In this document: piece by piece, positions 1 through 13,315 of the stretch
Numbering within the stretch: position 1 is the first letter of the stretch
How the letters are laid out: the number at the start of each line of letters is the position of its first letter
From: Octopus sinensis
Taxonomy: Eukaryota
Assembly: GCF_006345805.1 (NCBI RefSeq)
Contig: NC_043005.1
Coordinates: forward strand, 89,156,001 to 89,220,000
Length of the DNA stretch: 64,000 bases
Reading direction: 5' to 3'
Notes under the pieces: generated by a model
Databases searched by the model: none
What the model was told of the DNA's origin: nothing
The model's input: only the letters and a program-made list of their open reading frames with translations
Position numbers and translations under genes: made by a program

Positions 1-745
1 CCGAAGTCACTAACTACTAATCTATGTTGAGGGAATTTTTTGGCATTTATAAGTAGCCCTCTTTCCCTTTTTCTTGCGAGGATGTAGTCAATTTGGCTAA
101 TATGTCTGCCAGGAAGGTAGGTGACTAGGTGACAGGTGGGTCTCCTGAAGTTGGTATTGCAAACCATAAGATCATTTACATCGTAGAACTCCAGCAGTCT
201 GGTTCCCTCCTCATTGCGGGACCCGAAACCATAGCCTCCATGTACGCCATGGAAGCCCCTTGCATGTTGTCCAACATGTCCATTGAAATCGCCAGCCACA
301 AAGAGAAGGTCCCTGTCATTCGTCAACGAGGTAGTCTGCAATAGGGTGTCATAGAATCGGTCTTTCTGCCCATCAGGTAGCCCCGACTGAGGGGGCATCG
401 GCCGAGATAATGGTAGCTGACCTATGGTGAAGCACTAATCTAATCTTAAGTACTCTGTCGCATACTCTGACTACCTCGATTACCTTATCAACCCATTTCT
501 CCGCAAGAAGTATACCCACGCCCCCAACCCCGTCAGTGTTCCCTGCCCAGAAAATCTTGTACGTGTGTTCTTTGCCTGTGAGGAGCCTAGCGGAACCTCC
601 TCTCCACCTTACTTCTTGGATGCAGCACAAATCTACACGTCTCCGTTCAAGCATCTCAACAATCTCACCAGACATACCTTTCAGTGTGCCGACGTTGAGT
701 GTGCCAACTCTGAGGGTGTGAGAGGTGTGGGCCTGTGGACCCTGG
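1..745 (-). mobile_element. RTE-clade LINE fragment, apurinic-like endonuclease (APE) region
   Basis: Translation TLRVGTLNVGTLKG...DLCCIQEVRWRG...GVGGVGILLAEKW; it continues with frameshifts to SQIDYIL...QHRLVVSDF at the window start. Confidence 0.9.
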
Positions 746-1396
746 GATGAGGGACAGCAGTGTCGTGTACGTGAAAAGAAAGCTTGCATTTGGCAGAATT
801 CATAAATAAACACTAGACTACAACCTGCATACACTACACCATTTTTATGCGCCATATGATCAATAAACCCTAGGTAGGTGAGGGGATGGCAGAGGCCCTT
901 AGAAGTGTTCGCGGAAGACAACCAAGGATGACAGAGGATAGAAACTTCCGGTGAGTATGGAGGGGGTGGGAGGGTGTACCGCGAACCAGCAAATTTAGAC
1001 GAGAGCATCGTCTTCTGCACTTGTATACTATGGTTAGACAAATTTAGAGAGAATGAATTAACGAAACGATAAACTTGAATAAAATAAATAAAATATGACG
1101 ATTAACGGATATGCATGACCTTAAGACAAACAAGAGAGACGAAGCTATCGGAACTATATTTACATGGTAAGGAAATAGATAGATAATAAGGAACGAATGG
1201 GTGGGGGGTTATGATCTACGCAGAAACAGGAGCACATGAACGGGAGGTATAGGTAGAGGTGTTTAAATCCTCTAAGGGATAAATGTATCCAGAGGCACTC
1301 CTGGTAATTACTTCAGCAGGTATGGTCCTTGTTATAAGGTATACATCCGCGGGTAATTCAAAAGGTAAACCGTAGTTTAATGCGTGTATAGGTGAT

Positions 1397-1642
1397 AAGA
1401 AATGGAGGATAAATAACAATGAGAAGTAGGTCTTTGGTGCTAAAAAATGCCATTATTTAATTAGTTAAGCAAGGTGAGAGTAAGAGTGAGTTTACAGCTG
1501 TTTCTGTGTACCATGCTGAGGTAAATACAGCAAAGTACACAGAAACAGCTGTAAACTCACTCTTACCTTTCTTAACTAATTAAATAATGGTTTTTAGCAC
1601 CAAAGACCCACTTCTCATTGTTATTTTTCCTCCATTTCTTCT
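1397..1642. repeat. Foldback element, ~110-bp inverted arms around a ~23-nt loop, with a damaged hammerhead-like motif
   Basis: aagaaatggagg...gagtgagtttacagctgtttctgtgtac is mirrored by gtacacagaaacagctgtaaactcactc...cctccatttctt. GAAAC-AGCT-GTA lies at 1542-1553 and CTGAGG at 1516-1521. Confidence 0.85.
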
Positions 1643-1674
1643 CTCTCCCTCTCTCTCTCTCTCTATTTATATAG

Positions 1675-1713
<39 letters not shown>

Positions 1714-2442
1714 ATATATTATATATATATATATCATCACCATCATCATCATCGTTTAACGTCCGTTTTCCATGCCAACATGGGTTGGACAGTTTGACCG
1801 GGGTCTGGGAAGCCAGGAGGCTGCACCAGGCTCCAGTCTGATCTGACAGTGTTTCTACAGCTGGATGCCCTTCTTAACGCCAACCACCCCGTGAGTGTAG
1901 TGGGTGTTTTTTACGTGCCACCGGCACAGGTGACAGGGGAGGCTGGCAATGGCGACGATCGGTTGGTGCTTCTTACGTGCCACCGGCACGGAAGCCAGTC
2001 AAGGTGGCACTGGCATCAGCCACGTTCGGATGGTGCTTTTCACGTGCCATCGGCACAGGTATCACAACTACAATTTCCATTTGATTTTTTGATGTTGATG
2101 TACTTGATTCAATAGGTCTCCTCAAGCACAGCAGGTCGCCATGAACTCACGTTATTTGTCGAGTCTTCGTAGTTGCAGCATATCTCCAGAGGTCTCGGTC
2201 TTTCATCATTGCCTCTGTGAGACTCAATGTTCGATGGTCATACTTGACCACCTAATTCCATGTCTTCCTGGGTCTACCTCTACTCCGGATTCCTTGAACT
2301 GTTTGAGAGTGACACTTCTTCACACATCTCTCCTCATCCATCCGTAGTACATGACCATACCAGCTCAGACGTTTCTCTTGCACGCCACATCCAATGCTTC
2401 TTATGTCCAGCATTTCCCTCAGTGCGCTTACACTCTGTCGTA

Positions 2443-3733
2443 CGAGGGGCGTTCAATAAGTAATGCCCCTGACCCACTTCCCATAACAGTAGAGCAACGA
2501 AACTTGGCACAGTTATTAGTCCTTTTCTACATAGGAAGCACTCAGAGTTACGCATTTCTCCTATCGTTTGATGCAGCTCTGGAGACCGTTTTTGTAGAAG
2601 ACCCCAGCTTGGTCCTCCAACCACGACGTGACTTCAGAAATCAAGGCTGCATCATCTGGGAAACGCTTTCCTTTCAAAAACAACTTCATGGCTGAGAAGA
2701 GGTGAAAATGAGAGGGTGCAAGGTCAGGAGAGTAGGGGAGATGGGGGAGGATTTCATAGCCGAACGCCTGTGCTTCTGATCTGGCGACACGCGAGTTGTG
2801 GACCGGAGCGTTGTCCTGAGGAGGAGGATGCCTTTGCTGATCTTGCCCCGCCTCTTGATTTTGATAGCTTCTCTTAATTTCATCAAAAGTGAAGCATAAT
2901 AAGCTCCTGTAATTGTGGTACCCTTTGCCAGGAAATCTGTCATCACTACTCCGTCCTGGTCCCAGAAGACTGTGAGCATGACCTTGCCAGTGGAGGGCTG
3001 CACCCTTGCCTTCTTTGGAGGAGGTGAGTCACGGTGCTTCCACTGCATTGACTGGGCTTTGGTCTCTGGATCATAGTGATGGACCCAGGTTTCATCCTGT
3101 GTAATCAGTCTTTTGAAAAATTTTGACTCATCTTCTTGGCACATCTCCAAATAAATCCTCGAGTACTCGACGCGTTCTTGCTTCTGGAAAGGTGTGAGCA
3201 ACCTGGGAATCCATCTGGCAGACACCTTTTGCATATGCAAATGGTCATGAATGATAGTTTCCACAGATCCGGTACTAATCTTGACCTCATGGGCTATTTG
3301 GCGAATAGTTATGTGCCGATCTTCCAAAATGGCAGCCTCAACTTGACGGACAAATGCCTCATCAATGGCAGAAGGGGGCGACCAGATCTGGGAGCTGTTT
3401 CCACAGAGTTCCGACCATGTTTGAATTCATGATGCTAGCGTTTTACAAGGTCATATGATGGGGCATCATCACCATAAGTTACTTTCATTTCATCGAAAGT
3501 CTCCCGTGGTGTGCGTCCTTTCAAATACAAAAACTGGGTCACTGCTCGACACTCAACAGGCTCCATTTCACACTTGACTCAGTTTAAAGACCTGTAAATC
3601 AGAAACCACAATTAGTATGGACCTGTAATTTACTACTTAATCTGTAGAGATATGAATAATTGCACATGCAAAATTTCAGCTAGATCAAACAACTGCAAGT
3701 GGGTCAGTGACATTACTTATTGAGCGTCCCTCG
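2443..3733 (-). mobile_element. Full-length (1291 bp) mariner transposon, irritans-like
   Basis: ~37-bp imperfect TIRs (cgaggggcgttcaataagtaatgcccctgacccactt / aagtgggtcagtgacattacttattgagcgtccctcg); TA duplicated at 2441-2442 and 3734-3735. Confidence 0.95.
2516..3566 (-). pseudogene. Disrupted mariner DD34D-type transposase
   Basis: ATG at 3566; motifs WIPRLLT, TQDETWVHHY, QDNAPVH, PDLAPSHFHLF (third Asp is His here), ending CVTLSASYVEKD*. Contains stops and frameshifts. Confidence 0.92.
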
Positions 3734-4376
3734 TATGTACACACTGACATTACACATCCAGCAGATCATGCTAGCTTCATTTCTTTCAAGCCTATGCATG
3801 TCCTCTGCAGTCACAGCCCATGTATCACTACTGTGAAGCATGGCAGTTCGCACACATGCGTCGTATACTCTACCTTTCACTCTGAGCATAGAGGAGCTCC
3901 CAGAAGCAACCCGTTTTGAATTCCTCTGTTATTGCCTGGAGGACTATCTCTTATCTTATCATAAAAGGCAGATTTTCTCTGCCTGTTCCCATGTTTCTTT
4001 TTAATACAATTCTACACTATAGAATTTCTTCAATTGGAATTTACCTATGATTTTTTCCAAGTAGATTCGATTGGGTCATGGCATGTAAAGTTTTTTTTCA
4101 ATTTGACCCCAATTAAGCAAAAATTCGAGAAAACTCAATATTTTACGATTTGCCTCTCTCATTTCAAGTGGTTTACTCCTGCTATTACCACCACACATTC
4201 TCCTACTTTTTCTTTGCAAGTGTGAAACTATTAAAGTGAAAGTATTATATAACAGGGATGAGCCATTAATACTAGTCATCCTTTTTGCTAGAGGAAGATC
4301 CGCTATGGTCTTATATGCTACACCACTGGTTTTCAATTCATATTAATCAAATTAATATTCAATTTTTAACCCTTAT

Positions 4377-4439
<63 letters not shown>

Positions 4440-5061
4440 TAGCAATTCGTATAAAATTGCATCAATGACTTGAACTTGAATAAGTGGTTTCACATAATGG
4501 GGATAAATTAAAAAGGTTTGTTATTATTATTACTGTTTGACTATTGTAATCACGTTTGTTGGTTCCTCGTCAGAGAAACGTTGTTGTGTTGCATTTGTTA
4601 AATAATTGTAAACCGTAACCCTCTCCCTTTCGGAGAAGGGGCTTTGGTTATTGTTTAAAAATTGAATTGTGTCCCTGTTTGGGGAAATTGACAATATGTT
4701 CACCGTCTTTACGGAAGCATTTTTTGTTAAAATGCCTTCGATAGAAGAAAGTCCAAAAATGGATTTCGCTGCAGCCGTACACTTCTATACAAGAGGGAGG
4801 ACAAGATCCAATTGATCGAAATTGCAAGAGACGGGCCTACAATTCCAGTCTGTTATATATTTTGAGTATTGTTATCACTAGCGATATCAAGATATAACTT
4901 TGTATTTTATGTGTAGATGTATATATATAGATGTACATGTAATATGTACACACATATATATATACACATATATACATACATAATATATCTACCCATACAC
5001 ACATACGCACACACACACACATACATAGGGACAGGTGTGGCTGTGTGGTAACAAACTACGT

Positions 5062-6591
5062 TCGAAGATACTGTACTTGATATGGGCGGTTTTGCCTTGC
5101 CGGTCTATGGCCTACCTTCAACAAACCGGGAAGGCACAAACACTCTGTCTTCACATTTGCTGCGTGAGACATGTTTTAATGTTGACGAGCTTGCCGAGTA
5201 CATAGCCGACAAATAGCCAAAGCTCCTTCCAGAACAGAAGTTCGCTTACAACTCCGTTGTTAATTCAGTCCGGGCCAAAGCTGGGGGGATTTTTTCCTGG
5301 ACATTCCTGGGGGCACTGGGAAAACTTTTGTCAACAAATTGATACTGGCAGAGATTAGGCGAACACAAGGCATTGCCCCAGCTGTGGCATCATCTGGAAT
5401 TGCGGCTACTTTGTTGCCAGGCGGCAGAACAGCTCACTCCACTTTCAAGCTCCCGCTTGACTTAGCGAAGACTGAGACACCAACTTGCAACATCAGTAAC
5501 AGATCCGATCAGGCAGAAGTCTTCAGACGATGCAAGCTTATCGTTTGGGATGAATGCACGATGGCCACAGAGGTGCTCTTGAGGCACTAGATAGATCTCT
5601 CAGAGACATCAAACACTCTTCAGCTCCCATGGGAGGTATAACACTTCTTCTTTCAGGGGACTTCCGATAAGCACTTCCCGTTATTCCCAAAGGGACTAGA
5701 GCTGATGCAGTAAGTGCGTGTCTTAAGTCATCCACATTGTGGCCACTGGTGAAGACTCTCAAACTTCACACCAATATGCGTGCTCATATGCAACGTGATA
5801 TCACATCTGCAGCATTTTCTCACACCCTCCTTGCACTTGGCGAAGGCAAAATACCAGGGGATGAAAATGGTAATATTGCCATCGATTCCATTTGTACCAT
5901 TGTTAAAACGCCTTCTGATCTCAGAGATGCAGTGTTCCCAGATCTACAAGCTAATTACCAGAATATGGATTGGATTGGCCAAAGGGCTATTCTGGCCCCG
6001 AGGAATAAAACTGTTCACCATATTAATGATGAAATGCTAAAACTCATTCCTGGGAATGTCTATGTATATAAGTCTATCGATACAACTCTTGACCCAGAGG
6101 ACGTCATCAACTATCCAATAGAGGTACTCAATTCCTTTGAGCCCCCCTCCCCGGACTACCACCATACATTCTCAAACTTAAAGTTGGTGCCCCTATAATG
6201 CTCATTAGAAATTTGGTTCCCCCAAAACAATGCAATGGCACACGTTTGATCGTTAAGTCCTTATCTCCCAATCCGATTGAAACCACCATTATCACAGGGT
6301 GCGGTCGAGGCAACGTTGTGCTCATACCTAGGATGCATCTTTTCCCATCAGGAGTAGACCTACCTTTCATATTTCGGAGGTCCCAGTTCCCAGTAAAGCC
6401 ATGTTTCGCAATGTCAATTAACAAAGCGCAGAGTCAAACACTGTCTGTGGCGGGAATACATTTGGGAGAGCCATGTTTCTCTCAGGGTAAGCTTTATGTT
6501 GCCTGCTCGCGTGTCGGCAGCAACAGTGATGCTTTCGCATTCGTTCCTCAACGAAAAACAAAAAAACATTGTGTACAAGGAGGTTTTATAG
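5062..6591 (+). mobile_element. Helitron Pif1-like helicase remnant
   Basis: PGGTGKTF Walker A, GIAATLLPGGRTAHSTFKLP, LIVWDECTM, RAILAPRN, MLIRNL..CNGTRL, FAMSINKAQSQTL, LYVACSRV; frameshifted. Confidence 0.93.
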
Positions 6592-7409
6592 GATTACTAC
6601 ATTTCATCATTTTCGAACACGTTAGTATTTCACTTACATACGACCCTCTTTTATGATGGCATTTACATTTTTAGGCGTTTCATGACATTAATTCACACTT
6701 AACAAACACCTGTCCTTCGCTCACCTCTATTTCTATCCATTCATCATCAAACCACCAGCCTCATCTTCTATATCCAACTTACATGACACATCTACCCCCT
6801 ACATCTACACTCTCACTGTTAAAGTTTACATAAGCGACAACACGATCGCAACATACACTTTGGAAACTAAGCAACAGATCATTTTATACAACAACAAATT
6901 TAATCATAACGCCCATCAATGAAAACATCTCTACCACTGTGTTGTGATTCATCTATTCAGCACCACTACAGTCTTGCCTGTCTGACATATGGTGAGTAGA
7001 TGCTATTGTTCTATATTTTATAAATTACCCATATTTACTTACCCATGCTTCATTCCCCTCTTGCCTACATAGGGCATCCATTCTCTTTTGACACATCATG
7101 AAGTTTTGTAACAGCACATGCGCTGCCGTTCGTGGAAAACGAAGAGACCCTATTCACCTGCGAACGTTTTACACCGCCTTCCACGACTATCAAATTCTTA
7201 CAATTATGAGAACAATAACATGGCTCTTTTCAAGGCAACCTCGCATTCAATTCTTACACCATTCTACGAGTGGGTAGGAACCCTTTTACACGGCTTTCTA
7301 TACACTTACAAATATATTCATTCGCCGTAAACTTATATCAATATTTGCCTTAATAATCATAATTCAGTGCAATCATTAACAGTACTTTCAAGCAACTCAG
7401 CCCCGAGCA

Positions 7410-8455
7410 TCGCCGGGCAATTCTGCTAGTGATGAATAAAATGGGACTGAGCGCAGAACCTTGGTGGACCCTTGCTTCTACCCGGAATTTTTCACTATAC
7501 TCGTTGCCAATCTTAACCTTGCTGACGGCTTCTCTGTATAGGCTCTGTACAGCCCTTATTAACCATTCATCAATCCCCAGTTTCCGCATCGCCCACCAGA
7601 TAAGGGACCGGGGGACCCTGTCAAAGGCTTTCTCCAAGTCCACGAAATCTATGTTGAGGGGCTTATCTTTAGCTAGGTATTTCTCCTGCAGTTGTCGAAC
7701 CAGGAATATGGCATCAGTGGTGCTTCTATCCGGCACAAAACCGAACTGCATCTCATCTAGGCAGACTATCTCCCTAATCAGATAGGCTCTGACCCTCTCC
7801 ATGACCTTCATCACCTGATCCAGCAGTTTGGCACCCCTGTAGTTATTTCTATCTAGAGCATCACCTTTACCCTTGTAGCACTTGACTATGGTGCTGCTAC
7901 GCCAGTCATTGGGTATGACTTCATTATGAACTACCTGGTTTACAATGCAGGTGACTAGGCCATAGCCCACACCACCAGATGTTTTAAGCATTTCAGCAGT
8001 GATTCCTGATGGGCCGGGGACTTTTCCTGGCTTCATACCCTTAATTGCTTTATCTACTAGGGAGCTGTCTATTGGGATAGCTGGTCCCTCTACTGGGTCA
8101 ATATTTGGCAGGCTCTCCTCCTCCCATTCATTCTCCACATTCAGCAGTCTCTCATAATGGCTTCTCCAAGTCTCTTTCTTTTCAGAAACATTGAAAGCAA
8201 GTGCACCATCATCCATGCGGACGCATTTCTCTCCTGTGACATTACAATTTTCTCTCAAACACTGTCTTGCAATCCGAAATACCACAGTTCTTTGATCCTC
8301 ACGTCGCTGGACATTGGCAAACTTCTTCTTTTCTGCTTCACCCTTGGATATGTATACCTGCCAACCAGCCTCCCTTTTGGCTATCTGGTACAGTTCCCTG
8401 CTACCCCCATCCCTCCAGGCTTTCCAGGCCTGTTCCTTTGCTCTAATGGCTTTGT
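7410..8455 (-). mobile_element. RTE LINE reverse transcriptase fragment
   Basis: KGKGDALDRNNYRG, DEMQFGFVP, FVDLEKAFDRVPR, VHQGSALSPILF; truncated at both ends. Confidence 0.92.
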
Positions 8456-8830
8456 CTGGAACTTTGTTGGTTATGACAAGGGTTCCAGTTGAACTGATCA
8501 ACAGAACAGCCTGCTCATGAAATTAACGTGCAAGTGGCTGAGCAATCCACAGACACGAGTACCCTTGAGGTAGTTCTTGGGTAGATTCAGCATGACACAA
8601 AGTGTGATAAGGCTGGCCCTTTGAAATATAGGTACAACAGAAACAGGAAGAAAGAGTGAGAGAAAGTTGTGGCGAAAGAGTACAGCAGGGTTTGCCACCA
8701 CCCCTTGCTGGAGCCTCATGGAGGTTTAGGGGTTTTTGCTCAATAAACACTCACAACACCCGGTCTGGGAATTGAAACTGCAATCCTATGACCGCGAGTC
8801 TACTGCCCTAACTACTGAGCCATTGCGCCT
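8445..8830 (-). mobile_element. tRNA-derived SINE (family C)
   Basis: Head gaggcgcaatggctcagtagttagggcagtagactcgcgg... with A/B-box-like motifs; homologous along its length to 50940-51315. Confidence 0.85.
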
Positions 8831-10120
8831 CACACACATACACACACACACATACACACACACACATACACACACACACATACATGCACACACACACATA
8901 TATACACACATATATACACACATATATATGACAAGTGTCTTTCAGTGTCCGTCAGCCGAATCCCCTCACAAGACTTTTGTTGACCTGAAGCAATAGATGA
9001 CACTTACACAAGGGGCCATGCAATGGAACTGAACCCAGAACTATGTGCTTGGGAAGCAAAATTCTTACCACACAGCCATGCCTGCACCTACAGAACCATG
9101 CAAGAAAGATTTTTCATGGTCACAGCATTCAATTATTGTACATGTATACAACCATCATGAGAAGCTTAATATTAGATGTACACACCAATGCAATATCACT
9201 GCCACATGTACACATAGAAACGCAAATGTCGGGAACTATGAATGTAGTATTTGTGTGTATATGTTAAGTATCCAATGAGGAGAGCTTAAACAATTAGGCT
9301 GGGATATCAATGTAAATAAATTAGCTAAGGTTGTTATGTTGTACTAAGATCTTTGTTATATACATTGCTCCTAAATTCTATTTTCAATTCAGTCGTAAGA
9401 TCTTATTCATATATGCGCATGTGTCTGCATGCATGTGTAAAAGCAAAACCGAATGTACACTACACCATCACTATGTGTCCACCCGATCTTTGATTTCTTC
9501 AGGAATTTCTGACTGTTGATCGCTTCGGAGTTAAATCATCAGACAAGCATCAGCTTCTTCTCCTGTTAGCCCTTGCCATAAATATAGTTACCAAGTGGAC
9601 GAAGGCGAAATAAGGGAGATCCTCATCTAAGCCAGGGGTTGGACAGCCCCCAGTAAGAGTATTTATAGCTGACATTGGTGACATTAGTCCCAAACAGTTG
9701 GTGACGATTGCAAGACATACTTTACCAAGAAAGACTTACAACCAACCAAATCAAGTTCCATGATGCAAGACGAAGAGAAGATGGTTGAAAAATTCTATTT
9801 CTTACTGTCTGGAACCACCAGTCACTTTATTACTAATTAACAATCAGGAGAGCTCTTTTACACAGCTCTGAAATCTCTGCCATCCTTCAAAATCCCATCA
9901 ATTACCAAGGTCAACAATTCATGCCTGAACAAGAGAAATCATAGAATAAGGGACAGTTGGGACCTGAAGGTGTCATCAATTGGCATCAAAGTGGAAATGG
10001 AAGGTTGCAGGGTTATGCCTAATACCAAAGGAGTTGATGAAAACCATGGCAACTGGCAGAATGGGTTTAGGATAATTCCTACAAGATCCAAGGTTGACAA
10101 GGTCGAGGACAAAGATAGAT

Positions 10121-10253
10121 ACCATCTTATACAGGGAGATATCTGGGTATAGACATCATCTTATCCAGGGTGATATCTGGGTATAGACACCATCTTATCC
10201 AGAGAGATATCTGGGTATAGACACCATCTTATCCAGGGAGATATCTGAGTATA
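10121..10253. repeat. Minisatellite, ~3.9 copies of a 34-bp unit
   Basis: Unit accatcttatccagggagatatctgggtatagac starts at 10121, 10155, 10189 and 10223, with no spacers. Confidence 0.95.
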
Positions 10254-10647
10254 TGGAGGGTGAAAGAGTGAAGAAAATGGAATACGTTCTGGAGTTTTAT
10301 TGATAGAGTTTTCTACAAAAGTACATCTCTATGATGCAATGTATGTTGGGACAGGATATTGATTGTGGTTCCAAGACATTGTCGCCATAGCGTGAAGTGT
10401 TCTGGCAATGGTTATTGATAATATTTCCAATATAACTCCTGGGTCAGAATAGATTCTGAGACTAATTCTTGAAAACAATCTTTACAACAAAGTCCCTCCA
10501 CACAAAAGATTCTGGATTAACATCCAACAGTGACATAACTGCAGGAATGGAATTTGCTTAGGGGTGCAAACCCAGGTCCAAAATATTTTATAAAATGAAT
10601 TCAATCTTTTTTCAATCTTAATATTGAAACAAACTCAGTTATAATAA

Positions 10648-10704
<57 letters not shown>

Positions 10705-11098
10705 TTGTACATCAGTCAATTCGGATACATTCAATCATGAAAGATAATTTTTGAAATTAACCCAAAAATGATTTTATGCTCATTCGTTTTGGTGATGAAG
10801 CTTTTTAGGAGATCGTTTAAAGCGTTTTCTTTGCCCCTGCACCACTAAATTTTACTAGGTGTACTCGCACTGTTCCCGAGCCAATGAACAGTGGTCCCTT
10901 TGACAGTGGCTCCTTCCCTATTATACAATCGATTCTGGGAGTGTCACATGACCGTTGTTCCTACAACAAAGACCTTTGAATACACACTATGAAAGGGGTC
11001 TCCAAGAAACACTGTTTCTACATTTCCAAAGCATAAAATTATTATTATCAAAATTATAAAATGTATACATTAAATAGTTTTCCTATTTCTCATTGCAG

Positions 11099-11202
11099 CT
11101 AAATCTCGTTTGCGATAAAGCGATTCTGGCAAGGCACACCTTTACGTTTTACTTCATGGGCAGCATTTTGGCCATGGTCAGCTGTGGAATTTTATCAGAC
11201 AG
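11099..11202 (+). CDS. SLC22/organic cation transporter-like gene, internal exon (104 bp, phase 0 to 2)
   Basis: ttgcag| acceptor, |gtaagt donor. LNLVCDKAILARHTFTFYFMGSILAMVSCGILSDR matches the family motif WxLVCD...G.LSDR. Confidence 0.88.
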
Positions 11203-12119
11203 GTAAGTTCTGTGTGTCGTATCTGCATGCTGGTGTGTTTAGTGCTTGCACTACATTTTGCATTTTTGCATATTTTATATATATGTTTGTGCGTGTGTGT
11301 GTGTGTGTGTAGTGCATGAATCTGTATATATGGTTGTGGATGTTAACTCATGACCGAGCATGACCACTTCATAAGTTCAAAACTTCCTTGCAAACGTTCT
11401 GAGAATCCAAGAAGTTCCTGTGCATGGATTTGGTTTGAGAAGAACCACTTTTCTGAGCAAACTGCCATAAAACCAGAGGCACAACAGAGGCTGAGATGAC
11501 CAGAAGCCAACTGCACTTCAATGCTTTTTTATACAAGTTTACCTTTGCCTAAGAGGAAGTTCTGACAAGAAGTAGGGGTCCTTCATTCCCAGTGATTTAC
11601 ATGCTAATTAAACCATATCTGGGACCCTGACAGGTGCTTCTATCGCAGATCAGATCTGGGACGAATAGTTTAAATATATACACAAATATGGACACACATT
11701 TGTATATATATATATATACATTCATACGCACACACACAGAGAAAGAGAGCTAGTGATACAGGTAAAGCTGCCTTGGTGTCTGTCTGCATCCCTGTCTCCA
11801 TATCAGCTCACCTGGATTTCTCTCATAGCCACCCTTTACTCTCAGACTCTAAAATTTAAAATTCAAATATTTAAATTTTTTATTTTAAGCTTAAGCTTTG
11901 CCGAGGTTTATTTTTAGTTTTAGTTTTCGTTTTAGTTTTAGTTTTACTCACGTATTTAATTATGTTACACCAAATTAATGTACAATTTCATTATTTTACA
12001 AAATTATGCACACCGAACACTATTTTTAAAAAATTGTTTGCATATATACGTTATGATGTAGATATGTCTCTATATATTTATGTGTGTGTATTGTAGGTAT
12101 GTATATGTATTATTACGCT

Positions 12120-12818
12120 TCAAGTAATATGTCTCTAAATCCCTGTCCATTCGCAGGATCTTTAAGCTTCCAGACCCTTCTCCTCCATGCTGGTTGTCTT
12201 CTGGGCATCCACTTGGCAGGTTTCCTGAAGTTGGTATTGCAAACCATGAGATCATTTGCATCGCAGAACTCCAGCAGTCTGTTTCCCTCCTCATTGCGGG
12301 AACCAAAACCATAGCCTCCATGTACGCCATGGAAGCCCCCTGCATGTTGTCCAACATGTCCATTGAAATCACCAGCCACAAAGAGAAGGTCCCTGTCATT
12401 CGTCAACAAGGTAGTCTGCAGTAGGGTGTCATAGAATCGGTCTTTCTGCCCATCCGGTAGCCCCGGCTGAGATAATGGTTGCTAACCCATGATGAAGCAC
12501 TAATCTAATCTTAAGTATTCTGTCGCATACTCTGACTACCTCGATCACCTTATCCACCCATTTCTCCGCAAGAAGTATACCCACGCCCCCGACCCCGTCA
12601 GTGTTCCCTGCCCAGACAATATTGTACGTGTGTTCTTTGCCTGTAGGAAACCTAGCGGAACCTCCCCTCCATCTTACTTCTTGGATGCAGCACATATCGA
12701 CAAATCTCCATTCAAGCATCTCAACAATCTCACCAGGCCTTCATTTCAGTGTGCCAACGTTGAGAGTGCCAACCCTGAGAGTGTGGGAGGTATGGGCCCT
12801 TGAGACCCTGGGACGAGG
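12120..12818 (-). mobile_element. Second RTE APE-region fragment with an internal deletion
   Basis: Closely similar to 125-745 (TLRVGTLNVGTLK, CCIQEVRWRG, GDFNGHVG, RNEEGNRLLEFC). Confidence 0.9.
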
Positions 12819-12862
12819 CATATATATGTGTGTGTGTGTGTTTGTGTGTATTATATATATAT

Positions 12863-12910
<48 letters not shown>

Positions 12911-13315
12911 TACATATATGCATGTCTATGTATATGTGTGTATATTTTTATATGTGAGTATGTATTTGCGTACATATTTTTGAATCTTTGTTTGCGTATC
13001 CATATGTGTGTATATATGTATGTATATTTATGCTTATGCAAATATAGATGTAATTTTGTGTGTGTTTCTTACACAAGCCATATGAAGTCTCCAAATGTTG
13101 TTGGTTACTTTCGGGTGTCATTATATAGCGCTCTCTGCCCCTATCTATTTCCCCCTCTCTCTCACTAGTTCTCTGTTTCTCTTCTTTTATTTTTCCCATA
13201 CTTAATAGTCTCTGATTTTTTTTTTTTTTACTTCTCTTTCTTTCGCCTATAACAACTAACTTGTATAAGCATATGCCAGGAGATTTTAAAGCGGGTGCAT
13301 GTGTGTGTACATATA

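Larger units (their letters stand above)
1735..3935 (-). mobile_element. 5'-truncated RTE LINE (RT C-terminus, 3' UTR, (GAT)n tail), split by a mariner
   Basis: Minus-strand remnants GRVYDACVRTAML..., RRLSWYGHVLRMDEE...RGRPRKTW. The tail is at ~1735-1755. The reading frame joins across the mariner (CNVSVH-TRQSV). Confidence 0.9.

Noticed and set aside
4540-4585. Minus-strand CTGACGA hammerhead candidate
   Set aside because: GAAA is replaced, the cleavage base would be G, and no stem I pairs.
8440-8480. SINE-C/RTE template-switch chimera
   Set aside because: The RTE piece is truncated at both ends and no TSD is visible; simple SINE insertion explains it equally well.
10121-10253. 34-bp repeats resembling a CRISPR array
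   Set aside because: Units are contiguous with no spacers, there are no cas genes, and the context is eukaryotic.
9890-10560. Stop-poor, moderate-GC stretch as SLC22 exon 1 or another gene
   Set aside because: No recognisable motif or convincing splice sites in any frame; probably a decayed element.
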